Both the position numbers and the translations under genes were made by a program. The notes below the pieces were generated by a model. It saw nothing but the letters and a program-made list of their open reading frames with translations. It searched no databases and was not told where the DNA came from. A stretch of 64,000 bases of DNA from an uncultured Bacilli bacterium. GTDB taxonomy: Bacteria; Bacillota_I; Bacilli_A; RF39; UBA660. The stretch lies in NCBI GenBank assembly GCA_947629325.1, contig CANRDE010000001.1:4028-68027 (forward strand). The letters run 5' to 3'. Positions 52,632 through 62,402 of this stretch are shown piece by piece. Position 1 is the stretch's first letter. Each line of letters starts with the position of its first letter.

Positions 52632-53369
52632 TTAATCTTTGTTTTTTTCTTTGGAAAAATCAATTAAATTTTGTAAATAAGAATCATTCTTATGCTCTTC
52701 ATAAAAATGAGGATTTAACCAAATAGCCTTAAAACTTTCCCATTTATTTTTAGCATTTATTTCACTAATATTTAATTTTTTTCCTTCTTGGGCTTTTTTG
52801 ACAAATTTTTGAGGACTAAATAATTCTAATAAATAACTTAATAAGGTTAAGGCTTCCATTAAAATAGCAGGTAATAATAAAATCATATATAAAGTATCTT
52901 TAGAAAAAGAAGAAATAGCACTAACCATTATATTAGGGAGAAAATGAAAACTAGATAAATCAGTCACTAAAAAGGTTAAAATAACACAAATAGCCAAAAT
53001 CCAAACCTTTAGTTTTCCAACTATATTAGATTGGATATTCAAATTTCTTTTATATTTATAAAATTGCACTATTATTATTAATAATTCAAAAATTATAGGT
53101 ATTAAAGCATAAGGAGTTATAAGATATAAAACAATAAAATTCAAAATAGTAAATAATTTATCAGCTACACTATCAAATAGAGCCCCAAAAAATGTTGAAC
53201 AATGCCATTTTCTAGCTAATAGGCCATCTAAACTATCAGTAAAATAACAGATTAAAGCTAATATTCCTGTTATAAAACCACCACAATTTTTATAAATTGG
53301 AACTAAAATTATAGTTCCAATAATTCTAATTAATGTTAAAATATTAATAATTATTAATTTTAAAGTCAA
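52632..53369 (-). CDS. CDP-alcohol phosphatidyltransferase family protein
   Basis: DSLDGLLARKW...GALFDSVADK fits the D-x2-DG-x2-AR...G-x3-D-x3-D signature. Confidence 0.8.
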   Translation of the reverse strand: MTLKLIIINILTLIRIIGTIILVPIYKNCGGFITGILALICYFTDSLDGLLARKWHCSTFFGALFDSVADKLFTILNFIVLYLITPYALIPIIFELLIIIVQFYKYKRNLNIQSNIVGKLKVWILAICVILTFLVTDLSSFHFLPNIMVSAISSFSKDTLYMILLLPAILMEALTLLSYLLELFSPQKFVKKAQEGKKLNISEINAKNKWESFKAIWLNPHFYEEHKNDSYLQNLIDFSKEKNKD

Positions 53370-53380
53370 TTAAATTCACC

Positions 53381-53998
53381 TCAATAAGCTATATCTGTTA
53401 TCTTACCAATATCACTATAATTTAAATTATAAATGTTTTCTCCTATTTTTATTTCGATATTGGTAATATCATTGTCATTAGTACTAATTATAATTTCTCT
53501 ATTATCTAATGTATATATATATTTATCATCTTCAATTTTATATTCTTGATTATTAATTAAATTTTTAATATTAGTTATATCCAATAGAGAACTATCTATT
53601 TCATTATAAAGAGTATCTATTTGAAATAAACCGCCATTTTTTACTTCATAAGTATAACCGTTTTCCTTAAAATATTGTAATTTTTCATCTAAAAATAAAC
53701 GATATCCACTTTCCCTATTATTCATTTTACTACCATTAAAAGTATAAGTTTTATCTCCTATATTAATTATATAGCTATATTTATAATTATCTGTTAATTT
53801 CGCTAATTTTTCTTCAAAAGATATTTTTTCAATAGTATTATTAGTTTCAGGAATAGTATTAACATCATTGTTAATATCTTTTTTTCCTCCAAATTTTACT
53901 ATAATTATTAAAACAATAATAAATATTAACCATAAGCTTAATTTTATGATTGGGACGGTTTTATCATTATCCTTCATCTTAAATACTCCTTTTACCAT
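53381..53998 (-). CDS. hypothetical membrane-anchored protein (205 aa)
   Basis: N-terminal TM helix then a Tyr/Asn/Ile-rich domain. Overlaps fmt by 20 nt. Confidence 0.5.
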   Translation of the reverse strand: MVKGVFKMKDNDKTVPIIKLSLWLIFIIVLIIIVKFGGKKDINNDVNTIPETNNTIEKISFEEKLAKLTDNYKYSYIINIGDKTYTFNGSKMNNRESGYRLFLDEKLQYFKENGYTYEVKNGGLFQIDTLYNEIDSSLLDITNIKNLINNQEYKIEDDKYIYTLDNREIIISTNDNDITNIEIKIGENIYNLNYSDIGKITDIAY

Positions 53999-54890
53999 TT
54001 AAATAACTTTTAATATCCATTGTATTTTTGCCGATTGGTTTAATAACATCAAGATATATTATACCATCTTTTGCCCCGATGCCTAATGTATTTTTATTAA
54101 TAGTTATTTTTCCAATTTCACTCTCACAAACTTTGTAATGAGCCTTAACAATTTTTATTTCTTCGCCATTTATTTTAGTCCGAGTAAGAGGCCAAGGGCT
54201 AAATGCTCTTATTTTGTTATATAAATTTAAAACACTATCATGAAAATCTAAATCTTCCATTTCTCTTTCTATCATAGGAGCATAACTAGCCTCTTCTTCA
54301 TTTTGCTTTGTTCTTGTAATATGTCCTGTAATAATATTATCTAAATTTTTTAAAAGTAAATTACTTCCAAGTTCACTTAATTTATCATGTAATGTTCCCA
54401 CATCATCGCTATCATCTATTTTTATTTTGGCCACATCTATAATATCACCAGTATCTAAATTTTCGTCCATGTACATTAAAGTAACTCCAGTTTCTTTTTC
54501 CCCATTAATAAGAGCCCACTGAATTGGAGCTGCCCCTCTATATTTAGGTAATATAGATGCATGAATATTTATGCAGCCAAACCGTGGATAACTAATAAGC
54601 TCTTTGGGAATTATTTTGCCATAAGCACAGGTTATAATTAAATCCGGTTTAGCATCTATTATTTTTTGGTAATCTTTTTTTATAGATTCTGGGGTAAAAA
54701 CAGGAATATTATTTTTAAGAGCCATTTCTTTTACAGGAGACGGTGTTAATATCTTTTTGCGTCCTACCTCCGCATCTTTTTTGCTTACTACTAAAACAAC
54801 TTCTGTATTTTTTAATAGGACCTCTAAAGGCTTTAAAGAAAATTCGGGAGTTCCCATATAAACAACTCTTATTTTTTGCATATTATTCAC
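53979..54890 (-). CDS. fmt: methionyl-tRNA formyltransferase
   Basis: RVVYMGTPEF start, SILPKYRGAAPIQWA motif and a C-terminal domain. Confidence 0.9.
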   Translation of the reverse strand: MNNMQKIRVVYMGTPEFSLKPLEVLLKNTEVVLVVSKKDAEVGRKKILTPSPVKEMALKNNIPVFTPESIKKDYQKIIDAKPDLIITCAYGKIIPKELISYPRFGCINIHASILPKYRGAAPIQWALINGEKETGVTLMYMDENLDTGDIIDVAKIKIDDSDDVGTLHDKLSELGSNLLLKNLDNIITGHITRTKQNEEEASYAPMIEREMEDLDFHDSVLNLYNKIRAFSPWPLTRTKINGEEIKIVKAHYKVCESEIGKITINKNTLGIGAKDGIIYLDVIKPIGKNTMDIKSYLNGKRSI

Positions 54891-55035
54891 CTAATTAATA
54901 TTATAAAATAAAATGCTTAAAATCACTACTATCTTTTTTGCTTTTTAAACTCAATAATGTTTAAAAATTAGTTTTCTCCTTTAATTTTTTAATCTCTATT
55001 TTCTTTAACAAAAAAGAAAGCATTTTTTATGCTTT

Positions 55036-58000
55036 CTAACATTTCTCAATTTGAACCATTATTTTTATACCATTAACATTTATTTCTTCTGCAGCTAAAT
55101 CTTTTTTAATAATATTAATAGCCAATGTTTCATTTTTAATGTAATCAGAAAATTTTGTTAGCACATCATTAAAATCATCATTACTATAATAAATATTTAT
55201 CCTATCACTAACATCAAAATTTTGAGCTTTACGCATATTTTGAATTTTAGAAACAAACTCCCGCGCATGACCTTCCATTATTAAATCATCAGTCAAATTA
55301 ACATTTAGAATTATAAATAAACTATCTAAAACACCAACATTAAATCCTTCTTTGGAATTAATTTTGACTTCAAACATATCTTTAGTTATGGTAATATCTT
55401 CAAATTTTATAGATTCTGTATTCAAGTCACTAATATCACATGTTTGTAAAAATTCTTCATATGCTTTAATTTTAGCGCCAAAAACTTTTCCAACATTCTT
55501 ATAATTTGGCTTCAATGTTAAGTTCATATATTTAGTTAAATCAGCTTCACTTAAAATATCTTTAACATTCAATTCTTCTTTTATTAAAGGAACTAAATCA
55601 CTGATTTTTTCGTATATTTTACTATCTATTATAGCTTCCTTTAATGGGGTCCGCACTTTGATTTTGGCATCTTCTCTCACATTACGACCAAGAGAAATTA
55701 AATTACGAACATAATCCATTTTTTCTTCTAATTTTAAATTTATTAATTTTTCATCGTATACAGGATAGTCAGTAAAATGTACGGATTCTTCATTAGTTAA
55801 ATTACGATACATTTCCTCACTTAAAAATGGGGTAATAGGAGCAATTAATTTAGAAAGACCCACTAACACTTCATAAGTAGTAATGTAAACTGATTTTTTA
55901 GAATTATCTAAAGTACTGCCCCAAAAACGATTACGACATCTTCTTATATACCAATTAGATAAATCGTCAGAAACAAATCCGGTTAAATATTTTACTACTT
56001 TATTTAAATCATATTCTTCAAAAGAATTAGTCACATTTTTGATTAAAGTATTATATTTAGATAATAACCATTTATCAATTTCTTCTCTATCTTTAATTGG
56101 AATTTGACAATCATCAGTATCAATTTGATCAACATTAGCATACATACAGAAGAAGTTGTAAGAATTTTTTAAAGGATTAAAGAATTTAGAATACACTTCT
56201 TTTAAGCCTTCAATATCAAACTTTAAAGGTGTCCATACAGGAGAAACATATGGCAAATAAAATCTAACCGTATCTGCTCCATATTCCTTTATAGTAGTAA
56301 ATGGTTCCACTATATTGCCTCTACTTTTACTCATTTTTTTGCCTTCAGCATCTAAAAGTAAATCATTTACTAAAACATTTTTATAGGGACTAACTCCTTT
56401 TAGAAAAACTGATATAACCATTAAAGTATAAAACCATCCTCTAGTTTGATCTATTCCTTCACAAATAAAATCAGCTGGAAATTGTGTTTCCCAAAATTCT
56501 TGATTTTCAAAAGGATAATGATATTGAGCAAATGGCATCGAACCAGAATCAAACCAACAATCTAACACATCAGGTATTCTCTTCATTTCTTTACCACATT
56601 TAGGACATTTTAAATAAACATTATCAATATATGGTTTATGTAAATCTAAATCATCACCTAAAGGTTTAGTAGACATTTCTTTTAATTCTGCAATTGAGCC
56701 AACCATGTGATTATAACCACATTCACATTTAAAATAAGGAATTGGACTACCCCAGTAACGACTTCTTGACACATTCCAATCTTTGGCATTAGCTATCCAA
56801 TTAGCAAATCTTTTTTCTCCAACATAAGCAGGATACCAATTAACCGTTTTATTAGCTTCAACCATTTTATCTCTAAATGCCGATACTTTGATATAATAAC
56901 TAGGCATTGAGTAATAAATTAAAGGAGTATGACAACGCCAACAATGAGGATAATCATGCATAATTTTTTGTCTTCTAAATAATTTATTATTTTCTTTTAA
57001 ATAATCAACGACTTCTTCATTAACATCAAAGACAAATTTTCCTTGCCATAAGCCTTCTGTATAACAGCCATCTTTACCTACTGGATTAATAGTTGGTAAA
57101 TCATAATTTCTTCCTACATTGGCATCATCTTCACCAAAAGCGGGAGCAAGATGGACTATTCCTGTACCATCTGACATAGTAACATATTCATCACAAGTTA
57201 CAAAGAATGCTTTTTTATCTACTTTTATTTCTGGTATTAATTGCTCATATTCGGTATATTCTAAAGATTTACCTTTAAAGGTATCTAATATTTCGACATC
57301 GTCACCAAGAACTGTATTTATAAGAGCGGTTGCTAAAATAAATTTATTTCCTTTAGATAAAACTAACGAATAATCCTCATTAGGATTTACACATAATGCG
57401 ACATTGGCGATTAAAGTCCAAGGCGTAGTTGTCCAAACAAGAAAATAAACATCTTCATCTTTTTTCTTAAAAGGAACATATACTGTTATAGCTTGTTCAT
57501 TAACATATTCTTGAGCTACTTCGTGAGAAGCAAGACCAGTACCACAATGAGGACAGTATGGTACAACTCGAGTTCCTTCATAAAATAGATTTTCTTCATA
57601 AAATTTCTTTAAAATCCACCATTCTGTTTCAATATAATCATTTTTATAAGTTAAATATGGTTCTTCCACATTAATAAATTGCCCCATTTTGCTAGTTAAA
57701 TCGGTAAAAGCACTTTCATTTTCCCGAACACTTTTCCGACATTCAGCATTAAACTTATCAATTCCCAAAGCTTCAATTTCCTTTTTAGAGGAAATACCTA
57801 ATTTTTTCTCTACATGGTTTTCAATTGGAAGTCCATGCGTATCCCAGCCCACTTTTCTAATTACTTTAAAGCCTTTCATAACTTTGTATTTACAAATACA
57901 ATCTTTTAAATTTTTAGAAACCATATGATGAAGGCCAGGAAATCCATTAGCAAAAGCCGGTCCATCATAAAAAACGAATGATTTACTATTTTGCCGATTT

Positions 58001-58104
58001 AGAACTTGTCTTTCGGTAATTTTATTAATGCCACCCCATGATTCTAAAATATCTTTTTCCACCATTTCATAAGGACGCTTATCAAGTTCTTTAAAATTTT
58101 TCAT
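55036..58104 (-). CDS. ileS: isoleucine--tRNA ligase
   Basis: HMGH-type and KMSKS motifs, a CP1 editing domain and C-terminal Zn-fingers. Start moved to ATG 58104 (MKNFKEL) with a GGAAGGTGA RBS, because the ORF-track N-terminal extension overlaps the leader terminator. Confidence 0.95.
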   Translation of the reverse strand: MKNFKELDKRPYEMVEKDILESWGGINKITERQVLNRQNSKSFVFYDGPAFANGFPGLHHMVSKNLKDCICKYKVMKGFKVIRKVGWDTHGLPIENHVEKKLGISSKKEIEALGIDKFNAECRKSVRENESAFTDLTSKMGQFINVEEPYLTYKNDYIETEWWILKKFYEENLFYEGTRVVPYCPHCGTGLASHEVAQEYVNEQAITVYVPFKKKDEDVYFLVWTTTPWTLIANVALCVNPNEDYSLVLSKGNKFILATALINTVLGDDVEILDTFKGKSLEYTEYEQLIPEIKVDKKAFFVTCDEYVTMSDGTGIVHLAPAFGEDDANVGRNYDLPTINPVGKDGCYTEGLWQGKFVFDVNEEVVDYLKENNKLFRRQKIMHDYPHCWRCHTPLIYYSMPSYYIKVSAFRDKMVEANKTVNWYPAYVGEKRFANWIANAKDWNVSRSRYWGSPIPYFKCECGYNHMVGSIAELKEMSTKPLGDDLDLHKPYIDNVYLKCPKCGKEMKRIPDVLDCWFDSGSMPFAQYHYPFENQEFWETQFPADFICEGIDQTRGWFYTLMVISVFLKGVSPYKNVLVNDLLLDAEGKKMSKSRGNIVEPFTTIKEYGADTVRFYLPYVSPVWTPLKFDIEGLKEVYSKFFNPLKNSYNFFCMYANVDQIDTDDCQIPIKDREEIDKWLLSKYNTLIKNVTNSFEEYDLNKVVKYLTGFVSDDLSNWYIRRCRNRFWGSTLDNSKKSVYITTYEVLVGLSKLIAPITPFLSEEMYRNLTNEESVHFTDYPVYDEKLINLKLEEKMDYVRNLISLGRNVREDAKIKVRTPLKEAIIDSKIYEKISDLVPLIKEELNVKDILSEADLTKYMNLTLKPNYKNVGKVFGAKIKAYEEFLQTCDISDLNTESIKFEDITITKDMFEVKINSKEGFNVGVLDSLFIILNVNLTDDLIMEGHAREFVSKIQNMRKAQNFDVSDRINIYYSNDDFNDVLTKFSDYIKNETLAINIIKKDLAAEEINVNGIKIMVQIEKC

Positions 58105-58355
58105 TTTTATCACCTTCCTAATAAAAAAATTCATAAACATAAGGACGTTTTACCGTGGTACCACCTTAATTTATGAATTATTATTCATCTTAAAAATATG
58201 TTAACGCCATCTACGAATTATTTTACTCTTATTTCAAATAATCAACTAACAAGGGATATATTTAAAACCGCTTCTTTTAGTTTGCACCAACCACTAATTC
58301 TCTCTAGATTAAAATTTAAATACGTATCTTGCTTCGTTTTTCAATTACACCCTAA
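58105..58355 (-). promoter_or_regulatory. T-box riboswitch leader of ileS
   Basis: The minus strand carries AGAGAG early, then the T-box AAUUAAGGUGGUACCACGG. Terminator helix UUCAUAAAUUAAGG...CCUUAUGUUUAUGAA plus UUUUUUU (58120..58180) directly precedes the RBS. Confidence 0.7.
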
Positions 58356-58384
58356 ATTATATGAAAATTTTATAAATAAGTCAA
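58356..58384 (-). promoter_or_regulatory. sigma-A promoter of the ileS leader
   Basis: Minus strand reads TTGACT, 17 nt, TATAAT. Confidence 0.6.
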
Positions 58385-58409
58385 CAATTTTACTCGATTT
58401 AAAAGGCCA

Positions 58410-58877
58410 TTATGTTATTATTTTATTAGCATTATCAAAATCCAAACTGGCGGTTTCTACAAAAATTTGACTGCCAATAATAGTGACTAAAGAAGTCAGA
58501 TAAGCATTATAATTCCTACTATAATCTATTTTTAATTCCACATTTATTTTTAACTGTTGACATATTTCATTAGCTTTCTTTATTAAATAAGCATTTGTTC
58601 CCATATTATCAGCATTGATAAATATGGTATAAATTCCTTCATAATCAGCAATATCATGAATGATTTTTAAAATGGTCAAAATATCTCCTTCAGTAATAAT
58701 AGTGGTGCCAACAATAGGATATTTCAAGGCTTTTTCATTGGGAAAAAATTCTAAATAATTTAATACTTCTTCTCCTGAAATGTTCAAATTTTCTCTGTTA
58801 TCAGCATTTATTAAAGTCAGAAATTTTTCTTTATTACTATTAATAATATCTACTAATCTCTTGTATAAACTATTCAT
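58410..58877 (-). CDS. hypothetical protein (155 aa)
   Basis: ORF overlapping the upstream 462-aa gene by 8 nt; second gene of a two-gene operon. Confidence 0.45.
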   Translation of the reverse strand: MNSLYKRLVDIINSNKEKFLTLINADNRENLNISGEEVLNYLEFFPNEKALKYPIVGTTIITEGDILTILKIIHDIADYEGIYTIFINADNMGTNAYLIKKANEICQQLKINVELKIDYSRNYNAYLTSLVTIIGSQIFVETASLDFDNANKIIT

Positions 58878-60258
58878 TATTATCCTCGCTATTTATAAAT
58901 TCTAAAGCATCTTCTATGCGATAAGTTCCATTTATTTCTTGGATTATATTTTTTTGCCAATTAGCCTCTGTGGAATGAAATATTCTCCTAAAATTGATGG
59001 CTTTAGTAAAGTACTTAGTTAAATTTAAAGCATCTATTTCACTCATAGTTATAAAATCATCAATATCTAAAATATAAGTGGCTGTTAAATTATTATTTAT
59101 ATTTTCTATTACTACTTTTCCATTAGAATAAATAAAGGCATAGTAATCATCTGCCCCTTTTAAAGGCGTTCCAATTAAAGTTTCTAAGTTAAATAAATAT
59201 GCAAAACGTTTTTTTATTTTGGAATCAGTAATAGTAACATCATCATTTTCAGAGGTAAATTGCCAATTGTTTTGATTGTTTAACTTAAATAATTTTTCCA
59301 TTAAATTAATATTTTTATACTTTTCGGAGTCTTCATCTAAGTTAAAATTAATTTTTTCTAAGGTAGGATGTTTAGCTATTAATTGTTTATAATCTTGAAA
59401 ATAATCATGAATATTATATCTTGCTATTTTTTTGTCTGGATATTCAAAAATAATTTCCGGATTATAAGATGAATCGCTTGCTAATATTTTATCTACAATT
59501 TTTTTATAGTATACCAAAAAATAATCTTTAGAGATGTCATCAGTATCACTTGCTTCTAAAATTATTTTTGCAAACAGTAAAAAGAAAATATCCGGGTCAA
59601 AACAAGCGTACAATTCCTCAATATTAATTTCTTTATCAAAAAAATCTTTTAAATTTAATAGTCCTTTTTCATATGCACAAGTTTCTTGATATAAATTTTG
59701 AATATAATCTTCAAATTCCATAGTATTTTTATAAGAGGAATAATCTTCTAATGCAACATCAAAATATTTAGAACTTATTTCATTTAATAAAATATCATTT
59801 AATTTTTCTTCTTTAATCTTTAAGGCTTCCGAATATAAAAGATTGATTTCATTATTGGCTTTAGAAATATTTTCTAAAAGATTCACTAAATAATTTTCAT
59901 ATTCTTCTTCGTCTTTTTCAAAACTATCAATTTTATTATTTAAAAAATAAGTAAGCTCTCGAAAAAAAGTTAACTTAGAAAATTTTAAACACCTTCCTAA
60001 ATTGTTTTCATTAGGAAGAGATACTAATTCAACTTGAAAATCTAAAATATGAGAATTATTAAAAATATTTAATAAAGGCTCTTGGTATATCTTCTTAAAA
60101 AAATCTTGAAATAAATTTTGCTCTTTATCTCCGTTTTTAATGACTTTAGCATTATTTATTAGATTTTTAATATTAAATGACCATTCCTCTTTGTATGATG
60201 GTATGGGATCAAATATTAAACGGGCATTACAATTGGAAATAGTCTTCTCAATAACCAT
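58870..60258 (-). CDS. hypothetical protein (462 aa)
   Basis: Long ORF, acidic and Asn/Tyr-rich; no motif recognised. Confidence 0.5.
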   Translation of the reverse strand: MVIEKTISNCNARLIFDPIPSYKEEWSFNIKNLINNAKVIKNGDKEQNLFQDFFKKIYQEPLLNIFNNSHILDFQVELVSLPNENNLGRCLKFSKLTFFRELTYFLNNKIDSFEKDEEEYENYLVNLLENISKANNEINLLYSEALKIKEEKLNDILLNEISSKYFDVALEDYSSYKNTMEFEDYIQNLYQETCAYEKGLLNLKDFFDKEINIEELYACFDPDIFFLLFAKIILEASDTDDISKDYFLVYYKKIVDKILASDSSYNPEIIFEYPDKKIARYNIHDYFQDYKQLIAKHPTLEKINFNLDEDSEKYKNINLMEKLFKLNNQNNWQFTSENDDVTITDSKIKKRFAYLFNLETLIGTPLKGADDYYAFIYSNGKVVIENINNNLTATYILDIDDFITMSEIDALNLTKYFTKAINFRRIFHSTEANWQKNIIQEINGTYRIEDALEFINSEDNNE

Positions 60259-60571
60259 ATTAAAGCCTCCTACTATAGATTAATTATAGCATTCTTAATC
60301 CCTTTATTTCAAGCAATTTAATACATAACCAGTCGATGTAACTAATTTGTACATTATGGCTATATAAATACTTAAATGCTACATACTTATAGAACGATAA
60401 TTTAATATTCTTCTAACATTCTTTTAATTATTTTCTTAAATCAGTTTATTATGTTACTTTAGGTAATATAACTAAACATATACCACACAATAACCATTTA
60501 AAAATTTTTTACTATTTTTTTGTTCTTTTTAAACACGCCTAAATAGCTGATTTTTCTTTATTTATAAGGGT

Positions 60572-61768
60572 TTATCTTAAGTTTAGAACACATACACACT
60601 CAACATGCTCACTATTAGGGAACATATCTAATAAAATTAAATTTTCTATAGAATAATTTAACAATAATAATTTTAAGTCTCTAATTAAAGTGGCTGGATT
60701 GCAAGAAACATAAATTATTTTCTTTATCTGACTATCTATAATTTTAGAAATTACACTTTTAATAACTCCACTACGCGGTGGATCTAATATTACCATATCA
60801 AAATTATTAGTAATTTTCTTTAAAATATTTTTAGTATCACTACATATAAATTCAACATTTTGAGCATTATTAATCATTTTATTGAAATTAGCATCTTTAA
60901 TTGCATTAGGTACAATTTCTACTCCTAAAACTGAGGCTCCATTAGTACTAGCTACAATACTTAAAGTACCGACTCCACAATATAAATCTAAAATGTTTTG
61001 ACTATCACTCGTGTATTTAACTATCAAATCAAACAACTTGGCACAGATAAAAGGATTGATTTGAAAAAAAGAATCATAACTAACGCGAAACAAATAATTA
61101 TTTATTTTGTGAATAAAATATTCTTCTCCATAGATTATTTTTTTATTTTGAATTATTCCTGCCACTTTATAAGTATTAATTATTTTTTCGACATTTTCTA
61201 TTTCATTTATTGAATCAATTATAATTAATAAATCTTGATTATAGTTAATCTTGATTGTAATAATTCCATCCGAAATACCTAAAATGACAATATCCTTAAT
61301 TAATTTGTTAACAATATCGGGAATTAAATAACAATAATCTATTTTTATCAAATCATGAGAGTCATTTTTATAAAATCCTACTTGGCCTTGCTCTATTTTA
61401 AAAGATACTTTGTTGCGATAATGAAATTGTTCCTCACTTTTTAAAATGTCTTTTACCTCAAAATCGATTTTATTTTGCTTTAACAAATTATTTATTTTTT
61501 GTAATTTATATTCTAAAGATTCGCTTAATGAAATATGTTGCAAATCACAACCACCACAATAATTAAAATAAGGACATATAGGATTTATTCTAATTCTTGA
61601 AGGCTTAATAATATTTTTAATTTGCCCTTCTAAATAATCCTTTTTTTCTTTGGTAATAACAACTTCTACTATATCTCTTGGAACACTTTTCGGTATAAAA
61701 ATAATTTTATTATTTGTATATCCGAGACCTCTTCCTAAATTATCAAATTTAACTATTTCTACTTTCAT
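60572..61768 (-). CDS. rlmD: 23S rRNA (uracil-C5)-methyltransferase RlmD/RumA family
   Basis: N-terminal TRAM domain, Fe-S cysteines CPYFNYCGGCDLQH and a SAM-binding motif LDLYCGVGT. Confidence 0.85.
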   Translation of the reverse strand: MKVEIVKFDNLGRGLGYTNNKIIFIPKSVPRDIVEVVITKEKKDYLEGQIKNIIKPSRIRINPICPYFNYCGGCDLQHISLSESLEYKLQKINNLLKQNKIDFEVKDILKSEEQFHYRNKVSFKIEQGQVGFYKNDSHDLIKIDYCYLIPDIVNKLIKDIVILGISDGIITIKINYNQDLLIIIDSINEIENVEKIINTYKVAGIIQNKKIIYGEEYFIHKINNYLFRVSYDSFFQINPFICAKLFDLIVKYTSDSQNILDLYCGVGTLSIVASTNGASVLGVEIVPNAIKDANFNKMINNAQNVEFICSDTKNILKKITNNFDMVILDPPRSGVIKSVISKIIDSQIKKIIYVSCNPATLIRDLKLLLLNYSIENLILLDMFPNSEHVECVCVLNLR

Positions 61769-61815
61769 AAAAATACTATAACATAATTCTTTTCAAGAAA
61801 AAAGATTAATTATTT

Positions 61816-62382
61816 TTAATCTTGCAAGTATTTTTCATAATATTCTTCTAAAGTTAAATTTTCTTTAGTTAATAATTCCGCAATATTGCCAACATATCTT
61901 AAATGCCATGGTTCATAAATATAACCAGTTATCGCTGTTTTATCACTAGGATACCTTACTATAAATCCATATTTATAAGCATTATCTTTAAGCCATAAAA
62001 ATTCTTTGGCAAAATCTTCATTTTTAAATTTAGGAACATAATGACCATCTTTATAAAAACCAATATCAACAGCTAAACCCGTTTGATGTTCCGAATATCC
62101 CGGTTTAGCCAAGCTATTATATGCTTCTTCTTGCTTTTCTTGTAGTAAATCTTTTAATAAATTTTCTTGATATAAATAAGGTCTATATCCAGAATCAATT
62201 ACTATTTCGGTCATAAATTCTTTATTGATATCTTTTAACAATTTTTTAATTTGTTTATAAGTCTTTTTTTCCAGATAAATCTTTTTCCCTCCTCCAGTTT
62301 TTATTTTTACTTTAACTAAATTGTTAGGAATGTAATATTTTCCTAATCCATTTGTTTTATTAACTAACATTAAATAATCCAT
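61816..62382 (-). CDS. D-alanyl-D-alanine carboxypeptidase, VanY/M15 family
   Basis: SGYRPYLYQ and SEHQTGLAVDI zinc-ligand motifs. Confidence 0.8.
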   Translation of the reverse strand: MDYLMLVNKTNGLGKYYIPNNLVKVKIKTGGGKKIYLEKKTYKQIKKLLKDINKEFMTEIVIDSGYRPYLYQENLLKDLLQEKQEEAYNSLAKPGYSEHQTGLAVDIGFYKDGHYVPKFKNEDFAKEFLWLKDNAYKYGFIVRYPSDKTAITGYIYEPWHLRYVGNIAELLTKENLTLEEYYEKYLQD

Positions 62383-62402
62383 AACTCACCTTATTACATT
62401 AT

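Noticed and set aside
52382-52663. 93-aa minus-strand ORF overlapping the SpoIIIAH-like gene
   Set aside because: Antisense to a better-supported plus-strand gene; no RBS.
58105-58140. ORF-track N-terminal extension of ileS (MFMNFFIRKVIK)
   Set aside because: These codons lie inside the T-box terminator helix and U-run. The conserved IleRS N-terminus begins at MKNFKEL, which has its own GGAAGGTGA RBS.
58198-58470. 90-aa plus-strand ORF
   Set aside because: It falls entirely within the minus-strand ileS T-box leader and promoter. It is a chance opening with no RBS.
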